Shown here one piece after another: positions 53,170 through 64,000 of a stretch of DNA of 64,000 nucleotides. Source of the DNA: the human T2T-CHM13v2.0 reference genome, Homo sapiens; assembly GCF_009914755.1 (NCBI RefSeq), contig NC_060926.1, one strand, 5' to 3'. Within the stretch, counting starts at the first letter, position 1, and every line of letters begins with the position of its first letter. Position numbers and translations under genes: made by a program. A model generated the notes under the pieces. The model did not search any database. It was not told the origin of the DNA and worked only from the letters and a program-made list of their open reading frames with translations.

Positions 53170-54125
53170 TCAGGTGCTTAATTGAATGGGCTCTGGTTGG
53201 CCAAAGAAGATGAGACAATCTGAGCATCAGTAAGCATTAACTGCAATATAATGAATCATATCAAATATATTTAAATCCGTGAGTTCATAATGATACTTCA
53301 AGAACTCATTAGTTTTCTTCAGAGTATGCTAAGGAGCCAACTATGCTTTAGAGCAACCAAATAGTTGCTGAGAGGAAGTTTCTTTTCTCAGATAGAATAA
53401 AACATCACCATTTTCTAATGAATTCCTGAACCTAAGCAAAGATCATGAATGGCTGCTAACTGCACGGGCAGAAACGGACATTAGCTTTCTCTTAATGAAA
53501 GTTCACAGTGCTGCCCATGAAGTATTCTTGCCAAAAAAGTTGAACCCGAATGTGATCAAGTCTCTAGCTCTACCAGTTTACAGGAAACACAGAAGACAGA
53601 GAAACACATTAAGTGATACCATGTGAATGCAGTTAGCAAAATATAGGTTATGGGGAACTCTTAGAGACATATGTCTTGTTTTTCAACGAGCAAATTGTAG
53701 GGAGAAAAAAGAGAAACGGAGGAGGAAACCGTAGATTAACAGCAGTGCCTGGACTTTATTTGAGTCTAAATTTTAATAAACATTTATGAAATAGGGAAAT
53801 TTTAACACTGACAAGATATTTGATATTAAAGAATTATTGTTAATTTTTAGGTGAGATGATAGTATGTAGTTATGTATTTTTTAAAAGCCCTTACCTTTTA
53901 GCGATACATAATGAAATATTGATGTAACGAAAGATATGCCTGGGCTCCTGCTTCCTTACTATCTCGAGTACAGGGGAGGTTGTGGGTGAGGATTAAGTAA
54001 GATTGGCCATTAGTTGATCGTGCAACTAGACACTTGTGATTTGGGGGACAGTGCGTGAGGGGGTGGGAGTAATTCTTGATAATATTCCCTAAACTTTTTG
54101 GAAAAATTCCATAGGAAAAAGGTCC
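53170..54125 (+). mobile_element. L1MC/ME 3' UTR fragment
   Basis: TTTGATATTAAAGAATTATTGTTAATTTTTAGGTGAGATGATAGTA-type L1MC motif. Confidence 0.65.
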
Positions 54126-54239
54126 AAAAATACAGTTGAATTATGTATATTTAGCAACCTGCTCAGTTATATTTCTGATAATTTCTTGAGTCTGCTGAGT
54201 GTACTATATAGAAAATCCTATTGCCTGCAAGGGACAGTT

Positions 54240-54420
54240 TTACTGTATAGTGCTTACTGTTTACCAGGCTCTCTTCTCAGCACTTTATACATATTTACCC
54301 ATTAGATCCTCACAAGAATGCCTGTGAAGTAGACATTAACTTGCAAAGGTTACCCAGGTGCTATGTTTTAGAGCTGGGATTTGTATCCAGGCATTCTAGC
54401 CCTAGAGTCTATGCATCTCT
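54240..54420 (-). mobile_element. MIR
   Basis: ATCCTCACAAGAA...AGAGCTGGGATTTGTATCCAGGC. Confidence 0.7.
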
Positions 54421-56479
54421 AGTTTTTGTATCTCTCTTTATAACTTTTTATTTTTAATCCCTCTACTCCAGTCTTTCTTTTGTTTCTCTTAGTGCGCTGG
54501 CCAAGGAGTTCACATTTTAAAGACCAGTTTTTATGTATAATTTTGATTTTGTAAGTTATCTTAATACATAGGGAATCCAGAGTCCAGCTGACTTTGCTCC
54601 TTTACAAATACAAGGTACTTAGTAAGGGGCTAGAATTAGCTTACTGTGTATCCAGAAACCAAAGGATCAAGTGTATTATAACAGTGTTCAGTATTTTTTA
54701 TTATATTTCTCTCCTGATCTGTAAGCAGTTCATTCATGGCTCATTTTACTTTTGATTACTTGATTTTATTGGTATTACTTGCTGAATTTCTTTGTGATAC
54801 TTAGATAAAATTACTCCTTCCTCCCCTTAACTCCTACACGTTAGGTAATTACCCCCTGCTTGACTTTACATAGATTACATGAGATAAGCAAAGCACTTAG
54901 TACACAGTTTAGCACATAATATGTATCTAGTAAATACGCTTTTTGGTTTAAGAGACAGCCACTTCATAATTTTGTTCAAAAATTGTTCTTTACTCTTTAG
55001 GTAACTTTTGAAATGGGGAGGGAAGAATATGGCTTAGTCACTTTAAGAAGTCCTAGGCCTGGGACAGGTGGGTAAAACTTGATAATGTGTTAGGGTGGTT
55101 TAATGAGTAATCTCTGTGTTCTCTGCAAGGAACTTTTTAATGATAGGCTCTGAGTTTGAGAAAGATTACTGACTTGAGTTGGTTTCCAAAAGAATACTTG
55201 TTTATTGGGGGTGAAGTGGGAACAATTTAGGGAAAATGTGACCTGTCCCAACTTCTTGAGTGTTTTGGTTCCTCTTTAGCCAATTGCAAAGGACGTTATG
55301 ACATAGTAGGATACTACAATTCATGAAAGGAGGCACATAGCCTCTAGTAAGAAAGAAAACTTTTGATTTCATTCATATGAGAGAAGGCTCACAATTACAG
55401 ATAACTTTTTCGTGAAGATTGTGGAAGGTGACTCTGAAGACCTGGGATAGCTAGTTAAAAGTTATGGTATTTTTCTGTACTCCATCACCTCCCTCTCTCC
55501 ACCCGAGCTGCACCTGCTATTTTACATAGGAGTGTACTGAAGCAACCTTTTAACATATCTTTAATTTTATTTTTGAAAATGATGTTAAAGTATTTGGAAA
55601 CTGAAGACTGTGGCCACACAAAGTATCTTTTATTTTCCAAAGGCCAGTTATTATTATTGAGTGGCATAGCTATTGAAATTGCATCACCAATTACTTGACT
55701 GTGTTAAAGAAAGGGATTTGCTTTTGGGGGGCCCGTAGGTTATTGATAAGAGATAAAACATATTTTTTTGAATAACAAATGTGTATGACAAACCCACTCT
55801 CGTATCTAATCATGAAATGAAATGCTTTCCAATGAAATCTGGATGCTCTGGAAACCAAAAGGTGATATATAAGAGGAAGCATAGTTGAGAGGTACTCAAT
55901 TTAACTTTTGTTATCAGTTACTTGGTGAAGGTATTGAAATGTTTATTGCTTTGAAGATGATCTTAAATGAGGAGGCATAGTTAATGTGGTCTATATAGAA
56001 TGTGAGATGAAGTGAATTTAAGAGAAAAGAAAGCAGATATGAGAAAAACAAAAATGTAAGAAAATAGCTAATATTTAATGATTGCTGCGTATCAAGTGCT
56101 GTGATAGATACTTTATACATATTTTCAGATACTGTCCCAATAACCATTTAGGTGTAAGTTACTAAATAGCTATTAAAGTTTTTGAGAATTTTTAACATTT
56201 CTTGAAATTAGAAATTCCTTACATTATTAAGAAACACTCTTTGGTTGACCTTTGCAAGCCCAGCAAACCCAGAGTTAGATAAAGGTACAAAATCGAGAAT
56301 CTCTGTCCTTACTCTTCATATTGTATGGATGCATTTAATGCTAGTAAAAATTGTAAGCCTGAATAAATGTAGTGTAAAACCTGCATTGATGATTTGGGGT
56401 TTATTTAGTTATTTATGAAGCTTATATCTAAATTTGGGATTAAGTTGATTTTTCCAGTTTTCCAGTCAATGCAACATTT

Positions 56480-57270
56480 TAAAAAATCAATTTTAGATTA
56501 AACCACAAAGGAAAATCTCAGTAAATTCCAGAAAAGCTGAAACTACATATGTCCATTCTCTCTGACTGCAGCAGAAATTTAAAATATACAACTTTAACCA
56601 TTTGGACAAATCAAACAAAAAAATTGCTTAAATAAATACCGGGTCAAACAGGAGATCAAATGTACAATAAGTGGTCATTTAGCACCTGAAATGAGATTCA
56701 GGCTAAGACTCATACTGTGCTTAGAAGTAGATTAATAGTCTTTGTTAATGAATGAAATAAATGTACTAAGCACTAAACCTTAGAATTTAGTAAAACAAAT
56801 GGACTCAACAAAATAAATGCCTAGGAGAAAGGAAAGAAATTAATAAGATAAAAGCAGAAATAGGTGAATTAAAAAACAGAAACCACAGAAATGAAAAATC
56901 TAAAAGCTACTTCTTAGGGTTGAAAAACAAAATAGAAAAATATCTGACAAATCTTACAAAGGAAAAGATGGAAAACCAAAATTAAGTTTGTAAAGCAGAT
57001 ATAAGAATAGAAAAGATGTTTAAAAAATAGTAAGCGAATACTATTTATTAACTCTAAGCTGATTTATTTGAAATGAATTATGGAACACCCAAGCTGATTT
57101 AAGAAAAGTTGGTCTGGAGCTACATCCAGCTAGCTCCAGAACCAATTTTTGCCAGTTAATTCTTTTTAGTTTTCAAGGAACATATAATTCCTATGGTGAG
57201 AACTATTTTAGAGATTATAGAAAAGATGGAAATATGCCCAATTAATATTATAAAATCAGTATGACTTTTT
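56480..57270 (+). mobile_element. Old L1 ORF2 fragment
   Basis: A-rich degenerate EN-linker region (AAATCTCAGTAAATTCC; ATTCTCTCTGAC). Confidence 0.6.
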
Positions 57271-57399
57271 TAATGGTTCAGTGCAGTAAAACTCTTTTGG
57301 GGGAGGTTACTGCTTTTTTTTAGTTTCTATTGTAAGCACAGATTTTTCTTGAAATTAAAACAATTGAGAAAAGAAAAAACAACCAGAAACTCAAAACTT

Positions 57400-59460
<2,061 letters not shown>

Positions 59461-62400
59461 GTAACTTCTCCTCCTCCTTTTTCTGTGGATTAAGATGTGG
59501 GCCTAAGTTAAAGAAGTTAAGAAACAAGTTGGTTTGATCTCAGTGTTTCAGGTGTTTGGCTTGTCAGTAACTGAGGCAGAAGAGTCCCTAGTTGTCTGTG
59601 GTCCAAACTCTTTGATGATGATAAACAGATGATTTCACTTCATGCATTCTCCTCTCAGTTTCAGTGTCGGGTACCTACTGCAGTAGTAGGGTAGTTGATC
59701 AAGAATTATGGTATTCTGAGTCTTGGTCAGTTGCCACATAGTTTAAATAAGTTCTTAGTACTTTTAACTGAATTAAGACCCATACTTGTTTGCTTTTTCT
59801 CAGCTATTTCTGTTTGCTGGTATTTACTTTTAATTTTATGAGTTTTTTCTTTGTTTCTGTTAGTTGCTAGTTTATCTAACTGGTTGTCATTTTTCAGCTG
59901 GATTATATTTTCTTTATATATTTTGTATTTTTCTGCATCACAGTAATGTTTAGGCTCTTCAAAGTGTTTGACCTTCATGCATTATATCTTTAGTTTTGTT
60001 ATCTGTTTTTCTAATCTTGCTTTTCTCTACTCAAATGAATGAGTGAATAAATTAGTAATCGAATAAATGTAGACACATATACTCACACACAAAGTGCATT
60101 TTCTCAATTCAAACACTATTAATTGTGACATATGCCACAGATTTAATATATTTTCATGAAAAAAGAAACATTAAGTTTATTTTTTAAATCCTTAAAGGTT
60201 TACTGACAGAAGTATACATTTATCCATATAACTTCTACCTCATCTTTTTGGGAATCATAAGATTGAGTGTAATCGTCTTCCAAATTCTGACATGCTGCTT
60301 TTCCTTACCTGTGCTTGCTTTCTTGGTCTCTTTACACATTATGATTGCCAGTATAATTTTGAGTCATATGGAAATGTGTAGAATTTAACTGCTTTTCTTT
60401 TTGGTTGAACTCATGGTTTCAGTTTTTTTATAGATAAGCCGTGAATTAAATAACTTCCTTTTTGAGTCAGCTGGAAACTTTTGACAGATTGATATCCAGC
60501 ACTTGGGTGATAGTACTTTGTAAAATGCAAATTAGTCACACCAGTGTCTTCCAGCTCTGATAATTCTATGATCTGTTTTGAGAGATTGTGCAGTTTTTAC
60601 TGCCTTTAATTGCCCTTGCTTGGCTTGCAACAGACAACTTTTGCATTACAATAGCTTTTTATTTCAGTGCTTTGACACGGTTCAGTCTCTCTGAAAACAT
60701 TTTCAAGCAAGTTATGCTTTCAAATTTAAGTTAAAATTCAACCTTATCTGAGTTTACCTGTGCAGTTAACTCAGCTGTGGTCATGGTTGGATTGACAGAT
60801 ACCTTCTATGGGAATGTATTTTCCATAGGTTTACACATGGGTAGGCAGTGACATACCTCACAACGTACTCTTTTGCTTGGCTACTGGCAAATTTTTTTGG
60901 ATTTTATTTCTGATACTTCTAGTTTCAGAAACCTGAAAATATTATTTTAAGAAAAACAAGTATCTTTAGTATTAAGAAAATCTAGTTTAGTAATTTAGTG
61001 TACAGTGAGCAAGCATAAAATCTGTCAGTGGTAGAATTGTTTAATAAGTTTTGGGATGATCAGATGGCAGTTAGGAAAGTTCATGTAGAGCCTTTTCATA
61101 TGCAAATGTTATGGTTGACCTTTTTAAATTGGAAAAACTCGTGAAACTGTGCAAAGAATAGTAATCTTCTAAAGTAAGAAGACTGTAAAGAAGTGATTAT
61201 AAAAACTAAGCACATCTGTATGAAGAAAACCAACACAATTAAAAATAAAAAGAAAAATAACAAAGTGGAAAACACAAATATGACCTTACATGATTACTGT
61301 ATTATGAAAATATTTACAACACTAAGATTCCAGTAACTACATTAATAAAGGACATGCCCATTAGCTCTTAAGGAAAAGAGTTCAACATCATTGGTAGTTA
61401 AAAACAATAGTGAATAACTTTTTTTATACTTACTGAGTAACCATAATAAAGAAGTCCATAGGGAATCAAGTACTCATGCATTGCTTTTGGAATTGGAATA
61501 ACTCATTTGAGAGGTAGTATGGTAGTATATATCTTAAAAGCCATAAACATATCTAAGGGCATGGATTAATGATCTTACTCTTGGGAATTGACCCTAAGTA
61601 AATAAAGAATAAAAAAAAGCTATATTAGAGCTGCATTCACAATACTATTACTTATCATAGTAAAAGCTGAAGACAACCTAATTGGCCAACAGTGAAAATT
61701 TTGATATATTATGCAAAAGTAATACCTGAATAGTTCATATCCATTACATATAAGTGTTAGCACTGTGACAACTGGGACTGTATCTTTTTTTGTTCTCTGC
61801 TGTAAAACCAGTGCTTAGAAAAGCTTGGCATGTGGTGGGTACTGAAAAATTATTAGTAGTATTTTTTTTTAATGAACAACAGAATAATGTTGAGTTAAAA
61901 AAGAATTTAAAACATACACATACAGAACCTGTTCTCAGATACCTTAATGAGTAAGGGGGATGGGCAACAAGTTGGTTGATGAAGAGTTCTTAGAGGAATT
62001 TGAACTGGGGTTTGCAAGTTTAGTAGAATATGGATTCTCTTGGGAGCCAGGAGGTGGGAGTGCTACTCCAGGAAGAGGGATTTATCTGAGGAAAGACCTG
62101 ACAGTAGGAATTGACTGGAGAATAAGGCAGGAGGTTAGGCATATATAAGGACAGAATTCTGAGTGGACTTGTAGCTAACGAGGTAGGACTTTATTCTTCT
62201 GTATGAGAAGTCGTTGATGCTTTTTCAACAGAGTTTGATATTGAAAGAGCTATATAATTCAAGGAGTTAATCTACCTTTGCCATATAAGACAGGTTCACT
62301 CAGTTAAACTAGAGGTCCCCAAACCCTGATGAGAGACTGTTGGAGTTCATGGTTACCAAGGTAGCTAGAGCTTGAGTGGCGAAGACAGTCACAGAGAAGT

Positions 62401-62859
62401 GAGCCTATAAGTCTGAATCATGTTTCCCTTAAGAGTTGTCACAGCTTAGTAAGCAACACAAACCAATAAGCAGGAAAGTTGAGCAGAAAGTGGCTGCTAA
62501 CAAACTAAGCTCAGCAGAGTTTTCAGCAGTTTCATGGTGCTAGAGATAGAGGCGTCCTGGTAAACACCCTAGGTTGAACAACTGCATCCTAGCAGTAAGA
62601 GTGAACCAGGAGTAGACTAGGTCTTAATAAGATTGAAAACAAGCTTCAAGTTAGCTTGATCTCTGATTTTATTAGCTCCCGCTGCCAACCAGAAAGTAAA
62701 GAAACTCTTCAGTTGAAGATAAATTTCACATCCTTTATGGTTTTTAATGATACAGTGTTTGACATTGAGTCCCCAGATTCCAGACATGCCAAGAACCAGA
62801 ACAAGAGAAAAAACAGATGCAAAAATAGACACAGATGATCAGGTGTGGACGTCAGTAAA

Positions 62860-64000
62860 AAATGTTGTGCCACTTCTTTCATTTCTCCTTTGTTTCTGAT
62901 GAGATGTCTGCTGTCATTTGAATTATTTTCTCTTATAGGTAAATTATCATTTCTCTCTTACTGTTTTTATTACACTTTCTGTGTCTTTAGCTTTCAGAAG
63001 TTTAACTATGATATGCTTTAATGTGGATTGCTTTGGGTTTATCCTGTTTATGGTTCACTCGGCTTCTTGAATCTGTAAATTTATGTGTTTTGCCAAACAT
63101 GGAAAATTGTCTGGTTTTTTTCTTAGAGCACTTTTTCAGCCCAGCCCACTTTCTTCTCTCCTTGTTGGATTCCATGGCAGAAGGTAGATCTTTTGTTAGA
63201 GCTTGATCTTTTGTTAGCGTTAGATCTTTTGTTAGGTCTTGAGGCTCTAATTATTTGTTTTCAGGCTATTTTTTCTCTGTTGTTTAGACTGGATAGTATC
63301 TATTGTTCTATATTTTGGTTCAGTGATTCTTTCCTCTGTCCCTTCCATTCTACTGTTGCATCCATCCATTACATCTTTTGTTTTACCTATTTTTCAGTTC
63401 TGAAATTTCCATTTGGTTCTTCTTTATATCTTTTCTTTCTTTGCAGTATGTTCTTTATATCTTGCTTTGTTTTTGAGACTCTCAGTTATTTTGTTGTTTC
63501 AAGTATGTCTGTAATGGCTCCTTGAGTCATTTTTGTGACAGCTGCTTAAACATGTTTTTCAGATAATTTTAACACCTCCATCATCTTGGTATTGGCATCT
63601 GTGGATTGCCTTTTTTCATTCTGTTTGAGATATTCCTGGATCTTGGTATGATGAGTGATTTTTATTTGATACCTGGACATTTTTAGTATTACATGCTGAC
63701 ACTCTGGGTCTTATTTAAATGTTCTGATTTAGTTGGCTTTCTCTGGCCCTGCCCCCGCATGAGAAGGAGGGAAGCCTCATTACTTTCCTGTGGGGATACA
63801 AGTCCAGGTTCTCTACTTTGCCTCTCTTGACACTCAATTTAGGGAGAGATTCTTTGTTACTGCTGGTCATGGATGGGAGTTCTTGCCCACATTGATTTCT
63901 CCCTGGCTGGGAGGGGCAGGAATGTGTCATTATGGTTCCCCACATATCCTCCACAGGGTGATAGTCTCTTTACTGTGTGATGGTGAAAGGCCTGACTCTG
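62860..64000 (-). mobile_element. Old L1M ORF1 and 5' region (runs off the window)
   Basis: TTTCTGATGAGA...GGGTTTATCCTGTTT reverse ORF1-like sequence. Confidence 0.65.

Noticed and set aside
59615-59719. C-box (ATGATGA) and D-box (CTGA) about 105 nt apart, snoRNA-like
   Set aside because: No properly placed terminal stem, no clear C'/D' boxes or recognisable guide; expected by chance

Overview
Primate (very probably human) genomic DNA, AT-rich and dominated by interspersed repeats: about 23 Alus or Alu fragments, many L1 fragments including a 5.4-kb 5'-truncated L1PA6-like element, L2/MIR remnants, MaLR and ERV1 LTR elements, hAT/Tigger DNA transposons and a 5S rRNA retropseudogene. I see no intact protein-coding gene; nearly all ORF-track entries are Alu, L1 or LTR read-throughs. 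One clean 136-nt + strand exon lies at 47128-47263. From memory I recognise it as a non-coding 5'-UTR exon of NCOA1 (not database-verified), which would make the rest of the window the two flanking introns. The antisense bias of LTR and young L1 insertions agrees with a + strand host gene. I found no convincing new biological system. The best observations are retrotransposition-mechanism fossils (a polyadenylated MER61-like ERV retrocopy with a repeated R segment and no U3, two Alus sharing a triplicated TSD, a three-level L1 nest, a twin-primed L1, a collapsed mini-Alu) and a uATG-dense UTR exon. Repeat subfamily names come from visual recall of consensus sequences; boundaries of old elements are approximate.
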